Positions 14,282-23,832 of a DNA stretch of 64,000 bases are shown one piece after another. The number at the start of each line of letters is the position of its first letter. The stretch's first letter is position 1. This DNA comes from an uncultured Gammaproteobacteria bacterium. Its GTDB lineage: Bacteria > Pseudomonadota > Gammaproteobacteria > Eutrophobiales > Eutrophobiaceae. The DNA lies in NCBI GenBank assembly GCA_943788815.1, contig CALSRS010000002.1, positions 573,766 to 637,765 on the forward strand. Reading direction: 5' to 3'. The notes beneath the pieces are model-generated. The model saw only the letters and a list, made by a program, of their open reading frames with translations, was not told the origin of the DNA and searched no databases. A program made the translations under genes and the position numbers.

Positions 14282-14503
14282 TCAGATTCCTGGGTTCGAC
14301 TCTTTTGATTCTTCGTTTTTTAGACCTAATTTATATTCCAGCAATTCTATTGCCATATCAGGCATTTCTTCTTGAGACCTGGATTCACTGGACATTAACC
14401 AATTATCAACAGTATAGCGTTTTACTTTCAGCATCTCTGCTACTGTCAACCTGTCAAGTTTAAAATCCGTAATTAAATTAATCAAACGTTCGCGATTATT
14501 CAT
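14282..14503 (-). CDS. small (73 aa) hypothetical protein with helix-turn-helix-like segment
   Basis: ATG overlaps trpF stop (ATGA) and ends 6 nt before accD start, suggesting translational coupling; segment LTVAEMLKVKRYTVDNWL resembles an HTH. Confidence 0.45.
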   Translation of the reverse strand: MNNRERLINLITDFKLDRLTVAEMLKVKRYTVDNWLMSSESRSQEEMPDMAIELLEYKLGLKNEESKESNPGI

Positions 14504-15126
14504 AATACTAAATCCTTTGCGTTTTGAATGAATTTTAATATTTTATTTTTGTCTTTTACCCCAACTTTAGATTCAACGCCACCACTAACGTCTACTGAAT
14601 ATGGATGTACTGATCTGATTGCTTCACCTACATTTTCAGGCGTTAAACCACCTGCGAGTATGATTGGTTTTATGACTCGTTGATTTAACAGACTCCAATC
14701 GAATGTTTTCCCGGTTCCACCCGGGATACCGGGCACATATGAATCTGTAAGTAATGCCGCTGATTCCTCAAATTTTGAAACCATGGTTGCCAGATCTACT
14801 TCTTCTCGCATTTTAATTGCCTTAATATATGGAATTCCATATTGTAAACATTCTTCCTCATCTTCCTCTCCATGAAACTGAAGCAAATCCAAGTTCACAT
14901 GCTGAATTATAGATCTTATGAATTCGGGGGAATCATTGACAAATAAACCTACCTTAGAAATAAAGGGAGGAAGTTTGCTTATAATTGAAGTCGCGGCGGC
15001 TTTATCAATCATACGCGGACTTTTTCTATAAAATACAAATCCAAGGGCGTCTGCGCCGACATCACAAGCATAAATAGCATCTTCCAGCCGCGTAATTCCA
15101 CATATTTTTACTCTGACTATTGCCAT
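14500..15126 (-). CDS. trpF: phosphoribosylanthranilate isomerase
   Basis: MAIVRVKICGITRLEDA... TIM-barrel PRAI signature; synteny with truA. Confidence 0.88.
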   Translation of the reverse strand: MAIVRVKICGITRLEDAIYACDVGADALGFVFYRKSPRMIDKAAATSIISKLPPFISKVGLFVNDSPEFIRSIIQHVNLDLLQFHGEEDEEECLQYGIPYIKAIKMREEVDLATMVSKFEESAALLTDSYVPGIPGGTGKTFDWSLLNQRVIKPIILAGGLTPENVGEAIRSVHPYSVDVSGGVESKVGVKDKNKILKFIQNAKDLVL

Positions 15127-15232
15127 TTCTATATATTTAATTATTTTAAAACGTATATATCGTAGTTATTTTCCCATAAATAACAAAAGTCCGCAGCAAA
15201 GTCATCCTCACCCCCTAATTACATTTAAATAA

Positions 15233-16033
15233 TTAAATAAAATCTGTAAAAATAAATTCATTTGATATGCAATTTGGACTTGATGGTATATTAAATTCAT
15301 CGGGATAATTTACTTTTATTAGATATAAACCGCTAGCAGGTGCAGTAATCCCACCTCTTTTTCTATCGCGGGCTTGCAAAACCTCTTTTACCCAAGTCGC
15401 AGGATATTTTTTGTTACCTACCTGTATTAACACACCAGCAATATTTCTTACCATGTGATGTAAAAATGCATTTGCTATAACATCTATGATTATCAGTTCA
15501 TCATGTCTTTTAACAGATAGGTACTCTATAACTCTAACTGGAGATTTTGATTGACATGCTGTTGCCCTAAAAGATGTAAAGTCATGCATACCGATAAGGT
15601 ATTTCGCAGATTCAGACATCAACACATCATCTAAGTGCTCTACCTGCCAGCTAGTCAGATTGCCCAACACCGATGATCGAGCGGGTCTATTAAGGATAAT
15701 ATATTTATATTGTCTAGAAATAGCAGAGAATCTTGCATGAAAATCGTCATTAACGCGTTTAACCCAGGTAACATTAACATCCTCTGGTAAATTTGAGTTT
15801 ACTCCAAATATCCAGGAATGATCTTCTCTAATTGAAGTAGTATCGAAATGTATTACTTGATTGAAGGCATGTACACCTGAGTCCGTTCTCCCAGCGCACT
15901 GTACTATGATCGCATGATTAGCTACTTTAGAAAATGCATTTTCTATACATTGTTGAACTGTTCTGCTACGTGTCTGTTTCTGCCAACCATAAAACTTTGT
16001 GCCGCAATATTCTACACCGGCTGCAATTCTCAT
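15233..16033 (-). CDS. truA: tRNA pseudouridine(38-40) synthase
   Basis: CAGRTDSGVHA catalytic Asp motif; 266 aa. Confidence 0.9.
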   Translation of the reverse strand: MRIAAGVEYCGTKFYGWQKQTRSRTVQQCIENAFSKVANHAIIVQCAGRTDSGVHAFNQVIHFDTTSIREDHSWIFGVNSNLPEDVNVTWVKRVNDDFHARFSAISRQYKYIILNRPARSSVLGNLTSWQVEHLDDVLMSESAKYLIGMHDFTSFRATACQSKSPVRVIEYLSVKRHDELIIIDVIANAFLHHMVRNIAGVLIQVGNKKYPATWVKEVLQARDRKRGGITAPASGLYLIKVNYPDEFNIPSSPNCISNEFIFTDFI

Positions 16034-16106
16034 AGCAGGGAAAGATAATTATGTATATAGGACTCTAAATAAATGAATAGTAAAATCACAAACCAGAAAA
16101 CATGAA

Positions 16107-19100
16107 CTAGGAGACTTGAGCTTTTAATTCTTCTGCCTGTTTTTTCTGTTCTTCATTCCCATCAGCAATAATTTCGTCGAGGATAGCTTTTGCACTATCA
16201 CTATCACCAAGCTCTACATATGCTTTGGCCAAGTCCAGTTTTGTTGCAATTTCATCTTCAGCACTTTGTTCTCCTGCATCAGATGTTCTCGGGACAAATA
16301 CTGTATGGTCTTCGTCATCGTCATCATCGTCGTCATCATCAAGAGATATTTCTAATCCACTATCTCCTGACTCAGCCCGGCTGTCATCTCCCATATCCAG
16401 TTCAATGCCACCATCATCTTCATCAAGAGAAATTTCCGGCACACTCAGATCTTCTGATCCAGAATCATCCAGAGAAATTTCAAGATCATCATCTCCGCTA
16501 GCATCACCTAAATCCAGCTCAATGCCACCGTCATCATCATCAAGAGAAATTTCAGGCACACTCAGATCTTCTGATCCAGAATCATCCAGAGAAATTTCAA
16601 GATCATCATCTCCGCTAGCATCACCTAAATCCAGTTCAATGCCACCGTCATCATCATCAAGAGAAATTTCCGGCACACTCAGATCTTCTGATCCAGAATC
16701 ATCCAGTGCGAAATCTAAACTTTCTTCCTCTTCATCTGGGCTTTCTCCGGTTGCAGCATCGAAGTCTATAACTTTGTCATCACTACTTTCCTCAACGCCA
16801 CCAATATCAAAATCCAGAGCATTATCATCAGATGATTCTGATGGTACTTTCATCGTAGATTCCATATCAATTTCAGGTGATGCGGCCGCAGTTACATCTA
16901 GCAGGTCCTCGTCTCCTTCAGCCTCAATCTCAGTATGTGATGGAACATCCAAGAAATCCTCATTACCGGAGGGTGAAGCGGAAATATCCAATACATTTTC
17001 ATCTTCAGCCTCATTTTCAATATCATCAAGACCTACCGCAGCTGTCACATCTAGAAGATCTTCATCATCCAAATCTGAAGCATCTGCTGTAACATCAAGG
17101 ACATCATCCGAGCTTCCCGAGGTGATATCCAACATTCCATCATCATCTCCACCCGCACCGGCGTCAGTAGAAGAAGATTCTCCACCACCGATATCAAAAT
17201 CCAGTCCATCATCATCCCCACTACCTTCATCATCGGCAGTCAGGTCTACAATTCCTCCGCCTTTGGATTCTTCTGAAGCATCTTCTTCTCCATCCACAGG
17301 TTCGGCAAATAATTCTCTATTTGGTGAAATTTCCTGCCACATTATTGTCGCCATTTCCCAATGGGGTCCCTCACCACCAGTTAACTCGTGCACAATTGTC
17401 GCTTCTTCCTCATACTTGATTTTGTCGCCTGAGGAATAAAATATTTCCAATAGTTTACTGTGGAAATCAAGATTATTTGTATCGCCCTGGATAGCGTCTC
17501 TGACAAATTCTTCAGCCTGGTCAAAATGCTCATAGGCGAGAAAGACATTCACTTCTGCCAGAGGATCTTCTTCCGGTTCTTCCGGAGGGGCTTCCTCAAT
17601 TTCAGGAACAGCCTCATCATCAACAGAGTCCGCAACTTCTTCGGAAGCTTGATCAGATCCATCATCACCAATAATTACATTCTTGTCAGCGCTATCTTCA
17701 TCAACAGCATCAATCTCAGAATCTACTTCAGATTCTTCAGGCATGGCAGTTTCTTCTGCAGTACTTTCAAAATTTGGAAATTCCGAAGATGTTAATTCTT
17801 CGTCATCCAAAGAGGATTCTTTGCGTTTCTTGATAAAAAATAATGCCGCTATTGCAATAATTAATCCAGCAAGTGCACCACCTATAATGACCAGGTTTCC
17901 AAAAACAAAACTCAAAATTTGACCAACAATCCCTGTGTCTGAAGTTGATACATCAGCTTGAGTTGATACATCAGGAGGAAGACTCTCTTCAGATTCAACA
18001 GGCGTCTCTTCTTCAGTGAGGTTATCTACCGGGGCTTGTGTATCATCCAGAGCCAGGCTAATGATGTCATCAGCAACCACTTCAACCTGAGTGTCTTCAT
18101 TAATATCTTCAACTATTTCTTCACGTACTTCGACAGGAGTATCATCAACTACTGTACCGCCAGCTGTTTGCTGCTGGAGGGTAGCCAGTTCGTCATCTCG
18201 CAATTCAAGTAATCTTTGAAGATCTTGAATAAGTGCCTCTGACTCGTCTAGTCGGCTTCTAAGATCATTATTTTCGGCTGCTATTGTTTCCAGTTGCTCA
18301 TTAGCCAACGTAAGATCAGCATTCCCACCACCTGTTGAGTCAAATGACGCACCTGCCTGCCCAGAATTGTCTGTATCACTGCCAGGAGAAACCAGTCTTA
18401 ATTCATTACCCCCATCATTTATGCCTGAGGCATCAGACGAACCAGATGTCTGGGAAGCACTACCCGCTGGACGTTGGCTTGTATTTGCCGCAAATGTCCC
18501 TCGCACCTCTTCCCACAATGAATTTTGGGACTGAACTTCAGACAAGGCTGATGACGAAGAATTTTCCAGCATTTCATCTCGGTCAGGTATTCTTAAAATT
18601 TGACCTTCCCTCAAACCGTTTATGTTGTTCTCTATAAATGCTTCGGGATTTGCTCGTAAAAGAGCCAACATCATTTGTTGTACGCTAATACCTGTATCCG
18701 GGCGTAGCTGTGCTGCAATGGACCAAAGAGTATCATCAGAGCCAGTAGGTCCATACTCATCTCCTGAATAAGAAGAAACAGTCAAAGATGAGGATACTGA
18801 TGAAGGTGTAACAGATTCTGAGGATGTTACTGATGCAGGTTCAGACGCCGAGAATGTTGAGGTGGAAATTCTGCGGGTATTAGGGTCATATAATGGAGGA
18901 TCGAGCAGAACTGTATATTCCCTGAATAGTCTACCGCTAGACCAACTCGCTTCAAGTAAAAAATTTAAATAGGGTTCGCGAATTGCTTCGCTTGAAGTAA
19001 TTCGTATATAGTCAGCGCCATTATCATTAATTTCAATTTCAAAACGTAGTGACGTCAAGATAAATACACGTTCTATTCCAGCCCTGTCGAATGCCTCAAG

Positions 19101-19274
19101 GTCAGCAAGCCGTATACTTAAAGTATCAATTTCTGCAGGCGTTGGTGATAAAAGCTCAATGCGTGCATCAAACGCCTGGTTTAATGATGAATTTAACTCA
19201 ATATTACCCAGCCCAAGCGCCAACAACCTGGTAGAGGTAAATAACAAGAAAAATATTATTACAATTTTACGCAT
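16107..19274 (-). CDS. fimV: FimV-like peptidoglycan-binding protein (LysM domain, highly acidic repeat region, C-terminal FimV motif)
   Basis: signal/TM at N-terminus, LysM (DDTLWSIAAQL...ILRIP), single TM, long D/E-rich region with 39-aa repeats, C-terminal AKAYVELGDSDSAKAILDEII motif; located between asd and truA as in Pseudomonas. Confidence 0.85.
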   Translation of the reverse strand: MRKIVIIFFLLFTSTRLLALGLGNIELNSSLNQAFDARIELLSPTPAEIDTLSIRLADLEAFDRAGIERVFILTSLRFEIEINDNGADYIRITSSEAIREPYLNFLLEASWSSGRLFREYTVLLDPPLYDPNTRRISTSTFSASEPASVTSSESVTPSSVSSSLTVSSYSGDEYGPTGSDDTLWSIAAQLRPDTGISVQQMMLALLRANPEAFIENNINGLREGQILRIPDRDEMLENSSSSALSEVQSQNSLWEEVRGTFAANTSQRPAGSASQTSGSSDASGINDGGNELRLVSPGSDTDNSGQAGASFDSTGGGNADLTLANEQLETIAAENNDLRSRLDESEALIQDLQRLLELRDDELATLQQQTAGGTVVDDTPVEVREEIVEDINEDTQVEVVADDIISLALDDTQAPVDNLTEEETPVESEESLPPDVSTQADVSTSDTGIVGQILSFVFGNLVIIGGALAGLIIAIAALFFIKKRKESSLDDEELTSSEFPNFESTAEETAMPEESEVDSEIDAVDEDSADKNVIIGDDGSDQASEEVADSVDDEAVPEIEEAPPEEPEEDPLAEVNVFLAYEHFDQAEEFVRDAIQGDTNNLDFHSKLLEIFYSSGDKIKYEEEATIVHELTGGEGPHWEMATIMWQEISPNRELFAEPVDGEEDASEESKGGGIVDLTADDEGSGDDDGLDFDIGGGESSSTDAGAGGDDDGMLDITSGSSDDVLDVTADASDLDDEDLLDVTAAVGLDDIENEAEDENVLDISASPSGNEDFLDVPSHTEIEAEGDEDLLDVTAAASPEIDMESTMKVPSESSDDNALDFDIGGVEESSDDKVIDFDAATGESPDEEEESLDFALDDSGSEDLSVPEISLDDDDGGIELDLGDASGDDDLEISLDDSGSEDLSVPEISLDDDDGGIELDLGDASGDDDLEISLDDSGSEDLSVPEISLDEDDGGIELDMGDDSRAESGDSGLEISLDDDDDDDDDEDHTVFVPRTSDAGEQSAEDEIATKLDLAKAYVELGDSDSAKAILDEIIADGNEEQKKQAEELKAQVS
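16395..16706. repeat. 117-bp tandem repeat (about 2.7 near-identical copies plus a degenerate flanking copy) inside fimV encoding 39-aa acidic units DLSVPEISLDDDDGGIELDLGDASGDDDLEISLDDSGSE
   Basis: direct inspection: identical blocks starting at 16395, 16512, 16629. Confidence 0.85.
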
Positions 19275-19309
19275 GTCTATGCTTATTCCTTAACACTAAT
19301 TACCCAACC

Positions 19310-19729
19310 TTAACGTATGGGATCAATTAGCAAATCATAATCCCGAATTAATCTTCCCTGTCCCCAGCTTAGCTCAAGTGAAAAGCTCAGTATTGGTTCA
19401 CGAATCGATTCATTACTAGTTATTTGAATAAAGTGTTTGTTACCCTCACCTAATACTTCAATTTTTAACGAACCTGGTGATACATCAGAACCATTATTGA
19501 CATCAATAATCCGAATATTCAGGCTTTCGAGATCACCGGATTTTAAATCACTTAATCCTATTTTCGCATTCAGTTCCTGATTCAGGTAGGAGTTCAATTC
19601 AATATCTGCCACAGACAACGCGTTTACTGAGACAGAAAACATCCCCATAAACACCAGCACTAAATTAAGTAGAATTCGATCCAGCATCTGAATATCTTCA
19701 ATTATGAAGTAAAAAACCTTTATTAACAA
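19310..19729 (-). CDS. stand-alone paralog of the FimV N-terminal periplasmic domain (signal peptide plus conserved pre-LysM domain)
   Basis: about 40% identity to FimV residues 20-130 (IELNS.LNQ..A.I.L...; IREP.L.F.LE.SW..GRL.R.Y.LL.DP); immediately upstream of fimV, same strand; true start probably an internal Met before the signal peptide. Confidence 0.55.
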   Translation of the reverse strand: MLIKVFYFIIEDIQMLDRILLNLVLVFMGMFSVSVNALSVADIELNSYLNQELNAKIGLSDLKSGDLESLNIRIIDVNNGSDVSPGSLKIEVLGEGNKHFIQITSNESIREPILSFSLELSWGQGRLIRDYDLLIDPIR

Positions 19730-19863
19730 TTAGTTATATATGGTTAAATAAGCCTAACGTCAACAAAGATTTCATAAGTTATTGCTAGATCAGGAAATTT
19801 CCCTGTAAAGACATGTTCCAGCTAACTATGAAATTGCTTTATATTTAACCATTAAACTATAGT

Positions 19864-20886
19864 TTACAAATAGTCTTTTACCAAAATTTCACCAATTTGA
19901 ACACTATTTAATGCTGCACCTTTGCGCAGATTATCAGAAACAACCCACAAATTGATGCCTTTGGGGTGGGAGATATCCTCACGAATCCTTCCCACATAAA
20001 CTGAATCCGTCCCCTCACCTTCTGTGACGGCTGTTGGATATCCACCATTATTACGTTCGTCGATAAGCATGATTCCGGGCATGGATGACAGTAGGGATCT
20101 AACTTCCTCAACTCCTATTTTGTCCCTGGTTTCGATATGAATAGCTTCAGAATGACCATAATAAACCGGCACTCTTACAGTTGTTGGATTAACCAGGATT
20201 TCAGAATCTTCAAAAATTTTCTGGGTTTCCCAAACCATCTTCATTTCTTCCTTGGTATAACCATTTTCCTGAAAATCATCTATTTGCGGTAATACGTTAA
20301 AAGCAATTTGTTTTGGGTAAGTATTACACTCAACAGGATTTCCATTTAATATCGACGCGGTTTGTTCAGCAAGCTCAGCAATGCCCTCTTTTCCTGTGCC
20401 AGATACTGACTGATAGGTACATACATTAATTCTTTCAATACCTACAGCATCGTAAATGGGCTTTAATGCAACAAGCATCTGAATCGTTGAGCAGTTAGGA
20501 TTAGCAATGATTCCTTTGGTCTTATAATTTGCTATGGCATGCGGATTAACTTCTGGAACAATTAGCGGGATATCATCTTCATATCGAAACTGTGATGTAT
20601 TATCAATAACTACACAACCTGATTGCGCGGCCTTGGGGGCATAGATTTTAGATACAGGGGCACCTGGCGAAAATAAACCAATATCAATATCTGCAAAATC
20701 AAATGATTCAAGATCTTCTATTACTAATTCTGTACCGTCGAATTTAAGTTTGCCTCCGGCCGATCGGCTACTTGCCACAGCATGGACATTATTAACAGGA
20801 AATCTTCTTTCCGCTAACAATGAAAGCATGACTTCTCCCACCGCTCCAGTTGCACCCACAACTGCAACATTTACTTTCCTACTCAT
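19864..20886 (-). CDS. asd: aspartate-semialdehyde dehydrogenase, short (USG-1/Asd2-type) form with catalytic Cys retained
   Basis: VAVVGATGAVGE NAD(P) fold, NPNCSTIQ active-site motif, 340 aa; sits next to fimV as the asd/usg-like gene does in Pseudomonas. Confidence 0.8.
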   Translation of the reverse strand: MSRKVNVAVVGATGAVGEVMLSLLAERRFPVNNVHAVASSRSAGGKLKFDGTELVIEDLESFDFADIDIGLFSPGAPVSKIYAPKAAQSGCVVIDNTSQFRYEDDIPLIVPEVNPHAIANYKTKGIIANPNCSTIQMLVALKPIYDAVGIERINVCTYQSVSGTGKEGIAELAEQTASILNGNPVECNTYPKQIAFNVLPQIDDFQENGYTKEEMKMVWETQKIFEDSEILVNPTTVRVPVYYGHSEAIHIETRDKIGVEEVRSLLSSMPGIMLIDERNNGGYPTAVTEGEGTDSVYVGRIREDISHPKGINLWVVSDNLRKGAALNSVQIGEILVKDYL

Positions 20887-21230
20887 AATTATTCCACTTT
20901 TTAAATGTAAATTGATTAAATTATTGAAATTGTAATCCAGATATAATTTATTACCCTTAAATTATATCTAATAATATATATAAGCCACTGGCAAGGATAG
21001 CATAAGAGAAATTATCATAACCATAACTGATGACTAGTATTATTATGGACATCTCAAAATTTATCTAAATGAATAACAGCCACATTTAGTTTTATTACAG
21101 GCAACAAATACGTAGGCAAAAAATCTCTCAGGGTATTGTCTTTCATAGCCTGTAAAAGAGATCCTGTGTGCCAGGCCAGGCGTCTGGCCTCCTTGCAGCA
21201 GGCCCATTGTGACTTGATATAATTTATCAA

Positions 21231-21397
21231 TATCGGACATACCATTGCAGGACCATCTCACCATATACACGATCCGCTAATATTTCGGCATAGGAGGGCG
21301 AATTCCAAGTCATTGAAAATGATATACAGAGGAGTTTGACGCAGTTCTTGATACTCTTGAACCTGTAATCAATACTACCGTCCTATGCCGGGGTTTT
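21231..21397 (+). ncRNA. candidate structured small RNA or dapD leader ending in an intrinsic terminator
   Basis: extended -10 (TGaTATAAT, 21215-21223) followed about 165 nt later by a 10-bp closing helix (CGGCATAGGA 21286-21295 / TCCTATGCCG 21381-21390) and GGGUUUUAUU; three A-N-GGA motifs inside; no ORF. Confidence 0.3.
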
Positions 21398-21554
21398 ATT
21401 AAAAGTTGGCAGTTATACTTACAGAAATGTAATAATATTCACTCTGGAGAAAAACGAATCAAAATTGCTCTGGTCGCGCCATTAAAATCTTGCGTCACCT
21501 CAACAAACCGTATAAAAAATCTAATCAATTCACTCTAAAAAACAGGGAGTCAAT

Positions 21555-22376
21555 ATGAGTAATCTGGAAACAACAATCAATGAATATTTTGAAAATCGAT
21601 CTGGGTTAAAACCCGATGCAGTATCAGATGAATTAAGAAATGCGATAAACAATGTCATTGAAGGACTCGATAGCGGTGATTTAAGGGTTGCTGAAAAACA
21701 AGGTGATGCATGGCTTGTACATCAATGGATAAAAAAAGCCGTTCTATTGTCGTTTGCCATAAATAATAATGAACCTATAGATGGTGGATTTACACAGTAT
21801 TTCGATAAGGTGCCTCAAAAATTTGCCGGCCTCTCTAAAGACGAATTTAATACGATTGGAGCCAGAGTGGTCCCACCAGCGCTTGCCAGACGGGGTTGTT
21901 ATATAGCTCCTGGAGTCGTTTTGATGCCAAGTTATGTCAATATTGGCGCTTATGTGGATTCAGGGACCATGGTAGATACCTGGGCAACGGTGGGATCTTG
22001 TGCTCAAATAGGAAAAAATGTTCATCTGTCAGGTGGTGTAGGTATAGGTGGCGTACTGGAACCCCTACAGGCAAATCCAACCATTATTGAAGATAACTGC
22101 TTCATCGGGGCACGATCTGAAATTGTTGAAGGTGTCATCATTGAAGAGGGATCCGTCATCTCCATGGGGGTATACATAGGACAAAGCACAAAAATCTATA
22201 ACAGACAAACTGGTGAGATCAGCTATGGACGCGTACCAAAAGGCTCAGTCGTGGTATCGGGAAACCTACCCTCGGATGATGGCAAGTATAGTCTTTATTG
22301 TGCTGTCATTGTGAAACAGGTCGACGAGAAGACCCGAAGTAAAGTGAGCCTGAATGATTTATTGCGTGATGATTAA
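21555..22376 (+). CDS. dapD: 2,3,4,5-tetrahydropyridine-2,6-dicarboxylate N-succinyltransferase
   Basis: hexapeptide-repeat acyltransferase with typical DapD N-terminus and length (273 aa). Confidence 0.9.
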   Translation: MSNLETTINEYFENRSGLKPDAVSDELRNAINNVIEGLDSGDLRVAEKQGDAWLVHQWIKKAVLLSFAINNNEPIDGGFTQYFDKVPQKFAGLSKDEFNTIGARVVPPALARRGCYIAPGVVLMPSYVNIGAYVDSGTMVDTWATVGSCAQIGKNVHLSGGVGIGGVLEPLQANPTIIEDNCFIGARSEIVEGVIIEEGSVISMGVYIGQSTKIYNRQTGEISYGRVPKGSVVVSGNLPSDDGKYSLYCAVIVKQVDEKTRSKVSLNDLLRDD

Positions 22377-22397
22377 CAATTGAACAAAGAAACACAA

Positions 22398-23762
22398 ATG
22401 CTAATTTCAATAAATCCAGCAAATAATAATGAAGTAGCGCGCTACGAAGAACATACACAAGAAGAAGTTCTAAATATCCTGGAGGCATCTAGCACCGCGT
22501 TTAAAGACTGGAAGACATCACCTTTTTCCAGTCGTTCAAAATTAATGCGAAACGCTGCAAATTGTTTAAGAGACCAGCATGATGACTATGCGAATCTCAT
22601 TACCCTGGAGATGGGAAAACCCATCAAACAAAGTCATGCTGAAATTGAAAAATGCGCTTTTATCTGTGATTACTATGCAGACAATGCTGAGAAGTTTTTA
22701 TCTAACATTACAATCAGTACTGCTGCAACAAACAGTTATGTTACGTTTCAACCCCTCGGTACTATACTTGCTGTTATGCCGTGGAATTTTCCCTTCTGGC
22801 AGGTATTCCGTTTTGCTGCACCAGCACTAATGGCAGGTAACGCAGGGGTCTTAAAACACGCATCAAATGTTACCGGCTGTGCATTGGCAATCGAAAGCGT
22901 CTTTAAAGATGCCGGGTTTAATGAGGCACTATTTAAAACCTTGAAATTACCTGGCAGTAAAGTTTCATCTGTCATAGAACATCCAGTGGTACAAGCCGTC
23001 ACCCTGACAGGAAGTGGAGCAGCTGGTCAGGCGGTGGCGCAATGTGCAGGGAGAATATTAAAAAAATCTGTTTTGGAACTCGGTGGCAGTGATCCCTATA
23101 TTATTCTGGATGATGCCAATCTGGAACAAACAGTCTCTGCCTGTGTGACCAGCCGCCTGATTAACGGTGGACAAAGTTGTATAGCAGCAAAACGCTTCAT
23201 TGTAGTTGAATCCTTGAAGGCAGAATTCGAAAAACGGTTTGTAGAATTAATGTCAAAAAAGACCATGGGTGACCCCATGGATGAGGCAATTGATATAGGT
23301 CCCCAAGCAAGGACTGATCTCAGAGACGAACTACATCAGCAAGTATCTACCAGTATAAAGAAAGGTGCTCAATGTTTACTGGGTGGTGAATTACCTGATA
23401 TAAATGGAGCCTATTATCCACCAACCGTGCTGACAAATGTTTCCAAAGGTATGCCTGCCTATGATGATGAATTATTTGGACCTGTCGCTGCCATTATCTC
23501 GGCTAAGAACGAAGAAGATGCCATCGCGATTGCTAACGACAGCGAGTTTGGTCTGGGTGCCGCGGTATTCACACAGGATATTCAAAAGGGAGAAGATATA
23601 GCAGAAAATAAACTCGAAGCGGGTTGTTGTTTTGTGAATGATTTTGTGAAATCCGATCCCAGATTACCTTTTGGTGGAATCAAACAAAGTGGTTATGGTC
23701 GGGAACTGTCTTACTTCGGCATACAGGAATTTGTGAATATTAAAACTGTGTACCGGAAATAA
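22398..23762 (+). CDS. NAD(P)-dependent aldehyde dehydrogenase (succinate-semialdehyde dehydrogenase-like)
   Basis: ALDH family: catalytic Cys region GGQSCIAAKR, Glu motif LELGGSDP; ATG at 22398 preferred over TTG at 22380. Confidence 0.8.
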   Translation: MLISINPANNNEVARYEEHTQEEVLNILEASSTAFKDWKTSPFSSRSKLMRNAANCLRDQHDDYANLITLEMGKPIKQSHAEIEKCAFICDYYADNAEKFLSNITISTAATNSYVTFQPLGTILAVMPWNFPFWQVFRFAAPALMAGNAGVLKHASNVTGCALAIESVFKDAGFNEALFKTLKLPGSKVSSVIEHPVVQAVTLTGSGAAGQAVAQCAGRILKKSVLELGGSDPYIILDDANLEQTVSACVTSRLINGGQSCIAAKRFIVVESLKAEFEKRFVELMSKKTMGDPMDEAIDIGPQARTDLRDELHQQVSTSIKKGAQCLLGGELPDINGAYYPPTVLTNVSKGMPAYDDELFGPVAAIISAKNEEDAIAIANDSEFGLGAAVFTQDIQKGEDIAENKLEAGCCFVNDFVKSDPRLPFGGIKQSGYGRELSYFGIQEFVNIKTVYRK

Positions 23763-23832
23763 TCTATAACCAATTAAAATCACACTTAAATTTTTTATTC
23801 TGACAATTCCTGGAAAAACTTATTTGATAACT

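Noticed and set aside
16225-17439. 404-aa Ser-rich ORF on the plus strand
   Set aside because: Lies antisense to the fimV acidic repeat region; the poly-Ser/Pro composition is the mirror of GAx/GAT codons; an artefact of low-complexity coding sequence
21130-21160. Possible GacA/LetA box (TGTAAAAGAGATCCTGTGTG) upstream of candidate sRNA
   Set aside because: Does not form the TGTAAG-N6-CTTACA palindrome; only the left half-site is resembled
21054-21270. Two overlapping 60-70-aa minus-strand ORFs in the asd-dapD spacer
   Set aside because: No RBS, they overlap each other and the GC hairpin/promoter elements; the region is better explained as a non-coding RNA or regulatory spacer
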